A DNA stretch of 64,000 bases from Takakia lepidozioides (taxonomy: Eukaryota > Plantae > Bryophyta): positions 15,996,001-16,060,000 of the forward strand of contig CM060731.1 in assembly GCA_030704615.1 (NCBI GenBank). Direction: 5' to 3'. Positions 12,816 through 25,178 of the stretch are shown here, piece by piece. Made by a program: the position numbers and the translations under genes. The notes beneath the pieces are model-generated. The model worked only from the letters and a program-made list of their open reading frames with translations. It had not been told where the DNA came from and searched no databases. Numbering within the stretch: position 1 is the stretch's first letter; each line of letters opens with the position of its first letter.

Positions 12816-13702
12816 GCTTTCCTGGGAATCTGTGCCTTTGTCTCTCTCGTGTCGAGAGCTGTCTCTCTCGCGCCCTCCAGATCTCGCACAGCGTCCGTGC
12901 CGCACTGCTGCGCATGCGCACGCTGGTCTGTGAAAGTTGAAATCATTGCTCAGCGAACTGAGATGTACCTAGGTCTGCACTGGTCTTTGTGATGCAAATT
13001 GTTCCCCGGAAACTGAGAAAGCGGTCTGATGCAGATTGAGTAATATTCGCCTATTCTCCCAGAGGAGCAGGGCCGTGTTGTTCTGCTCTAGGTAATTTCT
13101 GTGATCAGCTTATGCCGTTTTCCGGGCTTGAATTTCTCACAATAGGCATGTCTGCTCAATCTATGTCTCGACTCTCGACTAGGTATCCCTCTCTACAAAA
13201 CAGTGCATATGTGGAGGGGGGGTCACAAGTCACAACGCTACAGTGGGATAACATTGTGTTTGAGTAGAGAATATCTCAGCAATGGCGCCGACGAAGCGGA
13301 GTGCAGGACGGACACACGGGTGGCCCACTCCAGTCTCCACCGCAAACCCGAGTGTAGCCGCCTGAATGCGGAAGCCGACCGCACGTTTCCCACACGTGTC
13401 GCAATGGTTAAACGGACCTCTCTTGGCCCATCGTGTTAGGTATGGCCCTTCAGTATTTTCTCTTAACCTGTTTGCAACTGATCTTTGCATCATATCTGGC
13501 CATGGCTAAATCAGTTGTGGACATAAGTTAGATATCTGGCCTTTTAGAGGCTTACTGGCATTGACAAATCAAGAGAAAATCAAATACATCATTTAATTCA
13601 ATTCGGCCAGGTTGGCTGTCTTTCATTAAAAACAAAATAAAAGAGGTTTCAGAGCATTTGATTGGAAGTTTGTAGTGGATAGTTTGTAGTTGATGAACCT
13701 AA

Positions 13703-14144
13703 GGCGTTACCACACAAGCGGCAGGGGAGCGGCACTGGAAGCAAACGCGAGAATATGATTGGTCACTTCATCGCAGAGCGGCACCTTCACCTACCACACG
13801 GGAGGAACGAAAAAAGTATGGCCGACATGATGTGTACTTGGAGCCTCCTAGTTGGACTTCCAAGGACTACTGCCTGGAAATCCGCAATGTTAGGGAATGT
13901 CTTTGTCATGTTTTGCTCCTTCCCGCCACGGAGCTCGTCTCTCTCGTTTACCCTTTAACAGATCGTCGCTTCTTCTCTCCCCTTCTTTTCTTCTCTCCTT
14001 ATGCACACTCTGATTGCCGGTCTTGTGGTAGCCATAAAAAAGTTCTTGCTGCCATGTACCTACATTCTATTACCATCACCTGTTATATCCCTAGCCAGGG
14101 ACTTCCAAGTCATTGCCTCTCAATGCGCTTGTGTGGTAAGGGCC
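13703..14144. mobile_element. Tourist-like (PIF/Harbinger) MITE, 442 bp
   Basis: TIRs ggcgttaccacacaagcg / cgcttgtgtggtaagggcc; TAA on both flanks (13700-13702, 14145-14147). Confidence 0.8.
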
Positions 14145-14677
14145 TAAGAATGGGTTGAAATCTTTTATTTGAGCTCTAAAGACTGGCAAAGGAGGACTCA
14201 AGCCCTGTAACTCATATATGAAAAACCACCTATAAATTTCCTTTGTTAAATTTGTTATCTTCTGAGTTGGGAAGTTTTCATTATAAGATACACTTCACAT
14301 CAGGCGCAAGAAATATAGGGCCTTACGAAATTCTTAAGATGATGATTTTGGGGTTGCGCTTGTTCACCCATTCTTAAATGGCGGAAAAGCCTCATCAGCT
14401 ATGCTTCGCTTATACTCTATTAAAAACCAAGAAAAAATCTTGTGAGAACCACCAAGCCCCTACCAAAACCCGGCCAAAAATATTTTGTGTATGTGAATGG
14501 CACCTTACATGAGGTTATTATGGAGGGCGTCTTACAACATACACATAAGGTTCCTCCTTTCAGGCACCTTACGCTTTGTAAGGTTTCTCCTCAAATCTGA
14601 CCCAATCTGAACCATCCCTTAGATTCAATCTAGGCATCCACCCCTAAGAGAAATTGTTATTTCCCGGCACTGGGTAA

Positions 14678-15088
14678 GAGCATGACCAGCAATCGCTCAC
14701 TAAACTACCGCTCTATTACTATTTAAGTGAGACATATGGTGAGGCACGCAAGTTAGACAGTGAGTCCGGCAAGGGCCGAACAACCCACCATATCCATAGT
14801 AGAATAATGGCGTCAAGGTGAGGTGACCGTGGGCCCCGCCCCACCCCTCCATTCCTAGTACATGTGAGACTTACAGTTGTTGTCAGTGACAACGGATCTT
14901 GTGGTAGTGGGGGAGAATGCCGCACTCCAAGCGCACTCTAGATAGTGTGGGAGTGGGACGAAATTTGATGAGGGTCACCATTGTGAAGTGCAAGAATGTG
15001 CTGCTGGGAAAGCGCAATCCCGTCTGAAATTGGTAGCCGCGCTATTTTGAAGATTAAGCGCCAAAAAACCGTGTTGTTGGTCATGCTC
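14678..15088. mobile_element. Tourist-like (PIF/Harbinger) MITE, 411 bp
   Basis: TIRs gagcatgaccagcaa / ttgttggtcatgctc; TAA TSD at 14675-14677 and 15089-15091. Confidence 0.85.
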
Positions 15089-15254
15089 TAAGGCGCTCAA
15101 ATGAGGTCACACTTCACACGACTCATTTGCGTCCCTCGCATCCATCCCTAGTGGTTTGCCCTCCACACATGTGAGAGGAGATGACGTTTGCATGGTATCT
15201 CGTGGTTTAATGATACCTCCAAACCTTCCTCTCCCACGTTTTTTACTGCTCCCC

Positions 15255-15730
15255 AGTACCCCCCAAACTGCAGCACGTCTCCCGCAGTTCCACTGCAAAC
15301 CTACATTGACAGAGCTTGGTACACTATTCCAACCCCCAACTCCCCTACATACCATCATTTCTCACCCGCCCTGAATGAACAACCACAGACATCTGACGAT
15401 ACTGCCACAACACCCACAAACTTTACCTCCTCAACGTAACTCATACATTTTCATTCATAGTGGTGGGCCGTGCCACCGGGTCTCTTCTGACTGCTCACCA
15501 CATGTCCCCCCAAGCTGCAACCCGTCTCCCCATCATCCGCAAGAACTCTTGCAAATATAGTTCCACTTGGAACCTACAGAGACACAACTAGACTATTTGG
15601 CCTCCCAACCCTTAGTCTACACACCGTCTCTACCCCACCCAACCCAAATGAACAACAGTAGACATATGACAACTATCACAACACCCATAAACTCTATCAG
15701 GACCTCCTCAACAGAAACTAATATACCAAA
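15255..15730. repeat. Diverged ~250 bp tandem duplication
   Basis: ccccaa.ctgca...cgtctccc...agttccact...aatgaacaac...gacat.tgac...acaacaccca.aaact...cctcctcaac occurs twice. Confidence 0.65.
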
Positions 15731-17596
15731 ATCATACGTACTGGAAGAAATTTAAGGCATTAATACATACAAACCAACTACAGGCCTTCTGCACCACTCT
15801 ATACCATTGCAAATGGAAAGATTGCCTTAGAAAGACCATGAAAACCTTCACTACAATACTAGATCACGGTAGTTATGACTGGCATGTCACGCTAATCATA
15901 GTTTTCCTTGACTCCAACCATGATTTCATATTGGTGATAGGCGAAATGAGACCGTTTGTGGTCATTCATATGACTACATGCCTCCATAGTGATATGTGCA
16001 ACTTCTTGGAGGTATGTTTTTATGACTACATGATTTATGTAATGGGTGGAAGGCTGGTCAACGATGGATGACCATCTCTAGCTATGTACGACTGCAACGT
16101 GTACATAATACTTTGCACAATCATGCATGTTACGTCAAAGATGTCTATGAATGACCGATCAGTTGAGTTTTGAGTGGTAGTTTTTGATATGCAAATGGCA
16201 TCCCATTGAACTGACAGCAATGCAGAAAAAATATATATCGGATTATGTAATATAAATTTTTAAGGTTAACAAAGACATGTACAAACATATTTTATACATA
16301 AGAATTAACCGTAAATTCCATCAACTCCGGTCGACTCGACCCACTTCAAGGTCAAACTCGTGTCCAACTAGGGATGTGCGCAAACTTAGGTCGAAATGGT
16401 TTTTTTTTTAACAACTAACGATGAAACTCATGTCTGAAGTTACGGATAACTCTATAGATTTTTGGGTTCATCACCCGTTCATCGTCAACTATTTGAGTTG
16501 GTTCCATGACCAAAAAGCAAGGATACTTGGCATAAATAAACGTGATGATTAATATTTTAAATCATCACTGTAGAATAGATATAACAGTGTAAGATTACTA
16601 TATGCAATTCACCAAATTTGCTCAAGACCAGGGAGAGCCTTTGAGCTCCCCATACAAGACATGTGTGGCATATAATTGTTCATTTCTCTGATGCTCAAAC
16701 TTTGTTACGTCACAAATCATATTGAGAAGAAACTAATTTAATTTATTCATGATACAAGATTAATGTACATATATTATAATAAAAGGATAATGATAGTAAA
16801 AATAACCACGATCACAAATGGCCATGAGACCTATATGATCTTGCTGATTTGGACAAGCCACCAAAAGCGACAACAAGAAACTGGGGCAGAACTAGAACTG
16901 ACCAATAGGGATCAGCGCAGAATCAGAACCGCTAGTTTCTACTCGAGGATCACACTTGTGAGAACTGGCCTCTCCGTTCAAAGCGGTTTGAGTTATGGTT
17001 CTTGGACCTTTCCTAAAACCCTTGGTGGGCCTTTGGCATAACATGGCGTAACCCTCACATGTCTATTGCAAAATCTTCTTTTAATTCTCTCAAGCTCCAT
17101 GAGATCCTATGTTCAATCAGTAATCAAATTGTCCAATACCATAAGACAACTCCATTACATTTGTTGTTTCAAATCACATAATTTCATTTATGCTCTTTTC
17201 CAATTTGTTTGAGTGTAATTTTTATCTTAATGATAACTAAGTAGATTTAATTTTAGTTGAAATATCTAATTGTCCAAGTATTTAATGTGTCAACTAATTT
17301 CCCAGACTCACAAAATATTTTGAAATTAATTAAATATGTTTTAAAAACAGAACCTCACCAGGATTGGTGGCTTTATTCAGCAACTAACCGGTACCTTGGA
17401 ACTGCACCAATGTTTAAAAGTTGGGACCAGAACTAGACTGAAACTGGCTCAATAAAATACAACCGGAATCGGAATCGGAATCGGAACTGTTTGTTGAAAT
17501 AATTGTGGAACCTAAGCCAAAGGTTCCTTCACAAATGCAATGCAAGAACTACATAAGACTGTTGTGAATGAAAGCAAAGTTGGGCAAGTAGACAAC

Positions 17597-17730
17597 CAAG
17601 TCGTAGCCCAGTGGTAATAGGCACATACCACCTCGAAAATGGTTGTGGGTTCAATCACAAAGGTGTCCACCTTTTTGCCGGAAGGCAGTAGCCCTTTGGG
17701 GTCAAGAGACACCATAATTTGCGCTTCCTT
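17597..17730 (+). mobile_element. tRNA-derived SINE
   Basis: Box A tagcccagtgg (17604-17614) and box B gggttcaatc (17647-17656), followed by body aaggtgtccac...ggaaggcagtagccctttggggtcaagagacacc, which is shared with 24745-24805 and 22845-22890. Confidence 0.6.
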
Positions 17731-18479
17731 CCATATATATTGCAGATATATGAGTTTCATTGTACGCGCCGGTTCGGTTAATACGTTGATACAGCTAGAT
17801 TTTGGAGTTTATGTACCCTCTGATTCTACATAGTGGTTTTTTTAAGAAAATTACATGTCCTATGGTCATGCACATATCTTTTTATTTTTTATTTTCACCA
17901 AGTATATTATGATATGGTTTATCGGACATGTTTATTTGATAATCCATCGATTGCTTATCACACATATTATTGATATCTAGCCCAACTGCATTGGGTTATC
18001 AATTAAACAATAGAGATAAAAATAAGTTAATTTAATTAATTAATTAGCCTGAACTAATGATAAAACTAAATTTGATAGTTTATTTAATTCATTCATCATA
18101 TTATTGATATTTGAGATTAGACAGGCTCGGGTTCTTTGGCCACATCTAAGAGCATTAAACATATATATATATGGTTGGTCCTCAAATATCAATAAAGCTC
18201 TCAAGGGCTTCCTCCCCTTTCTCCAAAAAAAAAAACAAAAAAAAACAAACAAATTTGGAAATGTACAACTTTTTGAAAAGAAAAAAATTATGTTTGAGTT
18301 AGTTCTAGTATCAGCTCAAGCTTGCTGAATCAGTTTGAACTTGTGTAAATGTGCCCAAGAATGTCCACTTCACAAAATCAAAGAACAACACAAATCAGCC
18401 AACTTCCAAGTCGCTACAAATAGAATCAATATATGGGCTCCTTTGTTATCTCAAACTCACTATCAAACTCTCGTTAATG

Positions 18480-18770
18480 CTTTTGCCAAGAAACAATGTT
18501 GCCCTCCCCCAAACATGATTACATTGTTCTTTGGGAGTGGTACAACATACAGCAAGGTTGAAGAGGCCCAACAACGGTTTAAGTAAGAGTTAACTTTGCT
18601 CATTGCTAATGGTGATAAACATGGCCTTAAATTTGGTTGAGAAATATGGTTGCCTGAATTGGTTTCGCAATACAGTATGTTGCTGGATCCCCACATCCTA
18701 TTCCCTTCATAAAAGACATCATCAAATGAGATCTTGTCAAATATGGTAAAAATATTTGGACAAATTTGTA
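18480..18770 (+). pseudogene. Degenerate hAT-like transposase fragment
   Basis: Broken translation ITLFFGS..YSKVEEAQQRF*ELTLLIANG...LDPHILFPS...EILSNMVK resembles the N-terminal part of plant hAT transposases (recognition only). Confidence 0.4.
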
Positions 18771-19542
18771 TGTTCTGCCATCAGTGGGCTCGTGAGTTAG
18801 TGCAACGACAACCTTTGATCACTAGATGTCAAAAGGAGCACACTATATGTTTGCTCTGGTGGTACATAGCGGGACAACGAAATCCGATTTATACACTCCC
18901 ACTCGACTTGATATCACTCGAGCTCTACAACAGACATCTGCACATATGACTTTCTTGAAGGGTGGCCACAAAAGCAAGGGACCTGATCGGGATGAAATGC
19001 TATTGCAGTAATTCACCAACCAAAGCAACCCTAATGGTGTTTGACGCCTCGAAAATACCAAGGCTAATGTGCATGGATTGCTTCCCAACATTTGGGGGCT
19101 GCTCCCTGACCTCTCCTGGTTCCTATCCTCAAATTCATGTGAGACCTCCATGAATGTTCTGACTCGTCCGGCCTTTTCCCCTCCCGCCACAAATATTTTC
19201 CTTTTTGTTGTCCGAGTCAATAGATCACCTGCTCCCCGGTTGTGAAGTGACGTTCCCGCAACGAATGAGTTGAAGGCCTCTGCCATTTTTTTTGGGGGGT
19301 TGGCGGACAAGCTCGTTGCATGATCTCGTACTCCTCTAGCAAATATCCGTGGTTTTTTCTCTTTTGTCGCCAACAAGCACCATTCAGAGTCACAGATTGC
19401 TATTAAACCTTCGTCATTGTTTGCACGGCCCATAGAGATAATTTTTTTCTTGATGTCAGGCACAGAGAGAACGTTGGTTATGGTCTTTATTTCACCGTTT
19501 GGAAATGAGACCTTTACATCTCCCTTGCCCTCAATGGTATGG

Positions 19543-20237
19543 GGGCATTTGCACAAATGGGTGGACCAAAAACGACAGATGTTGAGTCCATGGAAGTCCA
19601 TGGATTTTTATTTATTTTTAGCCAATTTTGTTAATTTTTTGTCAGAAAAATAAATAATAGTATACCAAACATTTTAGTAAAGAGTTCCCCCCCCCCCCAA
19701 TATTGAAGACATTATTTAGTAGATATTTTTATCTGACGTCAAAATTTAGAGTTTACAACCACTTGTCCATATACCACCTGGCCATTATAGATCATAGGTT
19801 TGTATGCATTTTGCCAAAACATAATATGCTATGGAGATTTTGTTTTTAAGGTGTAAAAGAATCCATAGCTCTCGATTTCTAATGTAACTAGTCCATATAA
19901 AAGTGGATTTGGGTTGGTTTTAGAAATGACACCCTTAATATATTTTCTTTTGTGCCATTATATGAGTGTAGATGATGTTTTTTTAGTCCATAAGATTTTA
20001 TGTGTAACATCTGCAGTCCATAATAATCAACTTTAAAAGTCCATAGCTCTATGGTACATGATTGTTTTTGCAATCTAACAGTTGGTACACATACCTATTG
20101 TAGTTAGAAACCCTATCACATATAAATTTAGATTAAATATTGAGTTGTTGGACAAATATGGGTAAAACCATGGAGGGAGGTCACTGCAGAAACTGCATAT
20201 TACGCATTTTTTGGTCCACACATCTGTGTATTTACCC
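19543..20237. mobile_element. Non-autonomous TIR element (695 bp) with 4-bp TSD, inserted in the Copia protease
   Basis: TIRs gggcatttgcacaaatgggtggaccaaaaa / tttttggtccacacatctgtgtatttaccc; ATGG on both sides. Removal restores the frame SGHAHTIEGKG. Confidence 0.8.
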
Positions 20238-21743
20238 ATGGGCATGTCCACTGGCAGTGTTGACACTATCAGATCCTACAACATTCTTTATTTGATCTAG
20301 TAGCTGTCGATTTCCTGTGATATGCTTATAACTAGCCCCTGAATCTATAAGCTAGGCTTCATAATGAGTTTCAAGTGCCATGGCTGCAAGTGTAGCCTCG
20401 AACTCCTGAGTAACACTGTCTGGGTCTTCTCAGGGATGCCCTCCTCGTGATCATCATACAAGACATTGATTTGCTTGTTTTTCTCTTTGTTGAGTGGGCA
20501 ATCACGAACCCAATGGCCCTTTTTTCTACACTTGCCACAATAGCCAGGCTTAAATGTTGAATTCGGTTGGCCAGAGTTAAAGCGTTGTCCATCAAAAAAT
20601 GTTGTCATCCTCGTGAGTGCTCATTCTCTCTTCAAAACTTGATGACCTTGCGAAACTTCATGACCAAAGCCTCTTTATCTTGGTTTCGGTGACGATTCGA
20701 ATTGCAGCTTTCTATTTCAAGCTGCAAATGTCCAGCAATTTGATCTACCGAAGGTAGGTTCTTTCTCACTTGAAATCACTCTGACAAAGCTATCGTATCT
20801 AGGCAGTAGAGCATTTATTATTAGCTCCACGACAATATTGTCAGAAAGTCTCTCATCAAACTCCGCTAGTTGGCTCAAGATGTCCAAACTCATAACTCTG
20901 CAACAGTCGTCCCTTCATCCATGTACGCAAGTTCAAAAAATGATTTCTGACTGCTAATCGATTTACATTGTTTTCACCTCGAGCTGCCTTTGAAGCATTG
21001 TCCAATATTCTTTTGGAATTTTGGCGTTGAAAATGAAAGGGGTGATCTGATCTTTCAGTGATAACTTTATAATAGAGAGTTTTTTTCTCTTCTGTCGTTG
21101 TAGTAGATCGTTGTCCCTTCGCTCTGGTAAGACCACTGAGATCGTCGAAGATTCAGCTCCCATAGATCTTCTCGTTCTAAAATGCTCTCTATCCGAAACT
21201 TCCATGTGACGTAGTTGGAAGCACCTTATAATTTGTACTGCTCAGAGAAATAATTTTCAAGACCTGTCATGATGACAAACTTAGACCACCTAAGAGATAA
21301 GGAGAGATGAAGTATTTAGTATTTACAAGTGATAAACAGAAAATAGAAAATAGAAAATAGAAGATTACAGAGCACATAATAAGTCTAGCCATTCAGCGCA
21401 GCCTCGTCCTAGACTACGATCTATTGCACTATCGACATAGTGTCTCACAGTCTTACTGCAAACGCAACTTCATCCTAGACAAGTTCAACCCTTCCTACAT
21501 ATCGAGCTCCATGATTCTTAGGCACTCTGCAACAAATACTATTCCTGCTCTGATACCATGAGAATACCTTGTATGTTAAGAAGATATGAACTACAGTGCA
21601 AATGAGCAGAGCAGGTACTATATATACCGAGAGTAATTCTACCAAACCAACTACCTCCACTAATGGGGCTTACCTCCACCTTTTGCATTGAGAGCAGGGG
21701 GTCGGGACTCAAGAGGGGCTATCCCCGTGGTAGGGGTAGTGGT

Positions 21744-22430
21744 TGTCACAGCCTCTTGCCTTGAGGGCAAGGGGTCCGGACAAAAGAGGGGCTGTCCCTA
21801 TGGTGGTGGCAGTAGTAGGAATGAGGGCTGAAGCACCGTTGAGTGTCGAAGGCACTCTAGGGGAGCCTCGCAAGTTGGGTTGCGGTGGGGGCCCCACGTG
21901 GGGTGGTCGCAGCATAGGGAGTCGTAGTGAGGGTGTCATAGGACTCACCTGGGGCTGAGACCTTGTGGTGGGAGTCGTGGGGAGTCTTGGGGCTCACAGT
22001 GGTCGATTGGGCCCGTGGTTAGTGGGCCAAGACTCACCACGGGGAATCAATGGTCACGGTGGTGGTTCACCAAAAAATTCATGGGCTTTTTGTGAGACCT
22101 CCACGGACAGTCAGTCACAGAAGTATATATAGGGAATAGTAACCCCGAGAACGGTGCAAGCCCGTTAAGCGATCAAAAACTAGTGACTAAGCAAGCATGC
22201 CGAAAGCGACCAAAGTGTGGGGAGCTATTCCGGACTGCCTATAAATAAAGGGAATATCCACTAGGCCCACATTGTCGAGGGTTAAGTGGGGGAGCTAGGG
22301 GGGACCGTTTTGCCCCGCTGAGCAGCTGGAGCTCCGATTTGGCCCGGCTGCCAGTTTAGGAGTTAGGTGCGCGCATCAAAGTGAGTAACTGTGACTTGAA
22401 GGGGAGTTTACCAAAGTGAGGTGTGCGACA
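21744..22430. mobile_element. GC-rich LTR (plus a partial copy at ~21690-21743) nested in the Copia LTR
   Basis: Termini TGTCAC...GCGACA; high similarity to 52811-53450 and to the reverse complement of 50136-50206. No matching TSD at this copy. Confidence 0.75.
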
Positions 22431-22839
22431 GTCAACCTCACTAACTATCCACCCTAATGAGGCTTATCTCCACCGCATCACCGTGAAGCCTAAACCTATG
22501 ACTAAAGAAAGAAACGGAGGGATACAATGACCTAATTATTAGGGATGACTGAGCCAAGGTATGATATTGCAATACGATCATCTTACGTTTGGATTCTCAA
22601 TTAGAAAAATGATAGATTTATTGGAAGTAGGCCTAATATACACTGACCTAGTTTATCAAACATAGCAACCACCATATATTCCAAGTTAATCTACATTCCA
22701 CAATGACAATTAACTTACTCCCCATCATGGATCAACAATATTATGGCAATGTCATACATGGTGGGGGTGGATCACACATTCCACTATGGTTGAGAAAAAA
22801 TTCAACGTATAGTTAATGTGAATAAAAATGTGGACGCAC

Positions 22840-22925
22840 TGCCGAAGCAAGCATAATTTGGTGTCACTTGACCCCAAAGGGCTACTGCCAACATGTCGTC
22901 GCCACAACCAAGTGGTAGTGAAGCG
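22840..22925 (-). mobile_element. Fragment sharing the SINE 3' body
   Basis: Reverse complement of ggcagtagccctttggggtcaagtgacaccaaattatgcttgcttc. Confidence 0.55.
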
Positions 22926-24689
22926 GTTTATGCCCTTACCACTTAGGCTAAATGTTGGATGGTTAATGTGGACTATTACTATCACCACCATGGATTTCAT
23001 TCTATCATTTAGCGAGACGTTTGTGACCATACAAAAAAAAAAAAATTCTAGATGTTTACTGCAATATGTCTAGAGGTACACATAATGCATGATACATAGG
23101 AGTATCATTCGAATCCTCTCTATTTCAAGCACCATATCCACCTCATTGTTCAAATCAAAATAGTTGTCATTTGGGGCTTTTCTCCATTCTTTGAGTTGCG
23201 GAGAGAGAGATGACGTCACCCAGAGTTACTGTAAGTAAGACTCTTCCCTTGCGGGGGTAGTGCCTCCTCCTGGGGATGGGCTCTATGTTGCATTCATGAC
23301 ATATTCTTCATAATCAATAGGAAGTTTGGGTAGCATTGTACTCCTCAAGAGATGTAAAACCTACCTCACATATTGCTTTGGGAATATTCTAGATACTAAT
23401 TTTAATCTAGTATTCTTGATACTTCTTGAGCTAGCATATAATAAGGAGGCAGGAGAGGCCACAAAGAGCACGGCCTTCTCTCCCTTACATACCCTTGGGC
23501 CCAACCGTCAAGCGGCACTAGCCTTCACTTGCCTTCTAGAAGCTGGTTCGTGCTAGGTGTGCACACTCCCGAGTCCCACAATTGCCCCCTCAATGTGGCT
23601 GGACACACGTCTTCACTACTACACCCTTTCCTACATCCCTATTGGTCGCTCCAATCATCTCTCCTATTTTTACCTTCAAAATTTCCCCCAATTGGTGTTC
23701 AGTTCTTATTAGTTGTATTGGGATTTGGTACCAAGATATCATCCACTTCCTTGTAGCATTGTCAAGTATTTGGAACTCTAAAGTCTTCTCACCTGCATCC
23801 TCCCACTTTGTTTTAATGATAAGTTTTCTTCTATTAGTTAACTCTTAAGTTGCACAGTCTCTTTCGCAAATTGACCTCATCTAATACAAATATCCAATCC
23901 AATGTCGGAAGGTCCCTTTCTTGATTATCTGAGATACGTCATTATAAGACTCCAATGAGCCCTAAAATCTTATTTTCTGTCCACATATGATCTATCGCGA
24001 TGGACAACTAACTCAAATAGCATTTGCAAAACGTTAAAAACCGCTTAAAATTTTCCTTTATTAAAAATATTATGTTCTCAGAAGATAAGTTTTCAACTTG
24101 TCAGGAGAAGGTACATTAGGCATAAGATACCTAAGGCCTTACCGAATTCGTAGGGTAACGATTTTGGGGGCTATGAAGGGGGCAGGTAGGTTCGTTTCGC
24201 CGGTGAAGGGTAGCTGATGAGCCGCTTCTGCCACTTTTGAAAGCATGAACTCGGGCAGCATTCTTAAACAGCGGAAGGGTGTCATCAGCCGCCCTTCCTA
24301 TAGTTAACAGAGCAATTTTGAAAGCCCTCAACGTTGGATTACATGCCGCTGTCATCCAAGTGTTTCGTTCATCTAAGTGGTGATAAGCTACGGGATTGGT
24401 ATCATTTGAGCACCAGCTGGCATGAGCAAGTAAAAAGACCCAGGTGGAAATATGTTTGCAAACGGACAAGTCAAGTCCCAGGAGGTAGCAAGGTCAGTGG
24501 GAGCAGTATTCCTCCTCTTGGACACAATCAGACCAGTCAAGAGGAGGGCATTTTACATCCAGAATTGGTGACTTCACATCTAGATTTGTCACATCTCATC
24601 CACAAGGCGAGGAGCAGGTCCGCTATCACATATAGGGTGGTTAGTGTCCTTGAAGTCCGGAGGACACCTAAAGGCTTGATGCGAGAATT

Positions 24690-24805
24690 TCCTTGGGTCC
24701 ACAGTGTGGATTCTGGGGGATGGTTGCCCAGGTTGCGACCATTAGAAGGTGTCCACTTTCCAAACGGAAGGCAGTAGACCTTTGGGGGTAAAGTGACACA
24801 ATAAG
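24690..24805 (+). mobile_element. Degenerate copy of the same SINE
   Basis: gaaggtgtccactttccaaacggaaggcagtagacctttgggggtaaagtgacac. Confidence 0.55.
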
Positions 24806-25178
24806 TTACATTTGCTTCGCAAGAGTGTCCTTCCTTACTCCCGAGACTTCATGTATATTGTGCCTAATGATCAAGAAGAGAAATACTCTTGCGTTGGTTA
24901 TATAGGAAGTTTGGACTAAATATTTCATTGACCTCTTGAAGACGTCATCTTCCGGGAGGCAGAGGCTGATCTTCAATAAGCTTGAGTTTTCACCGTCGTC
25001 ACACAATTGACTATCCCTCTTCTCCTTCTCATCTGTAAACATATCTTTTGGCCACATGCATGTCTCTGCCTTCCTGCTTTGCATAAATTGAGGACGGAAG
25101 ATTTTGAGACTGCAAATTTACTGACTCCTCACGAACTGACAATAACATTCAGGCCCCACCATGAGAAGTTGCCACTGA

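Larger units (their letters stand above)
19300..22599 (-). mobile_element. Ty1/Copia LTR retrotransposon, 3'-truncated (5' LTR, PBS, gag, protease), with two nested insertions
   Basis: tRNAi-Met PBS TGGTATCAGAGC (21547-21558); LTR 21559-22599 bounded by TGAGAAT...ATTCTCA; gag knuckle CGKCRKKGHWVRDC; protease DSGAS..HITG continuing into HTIEGKGDV...NVLSVPDIKKKIISMG. Confidence 0.85.
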
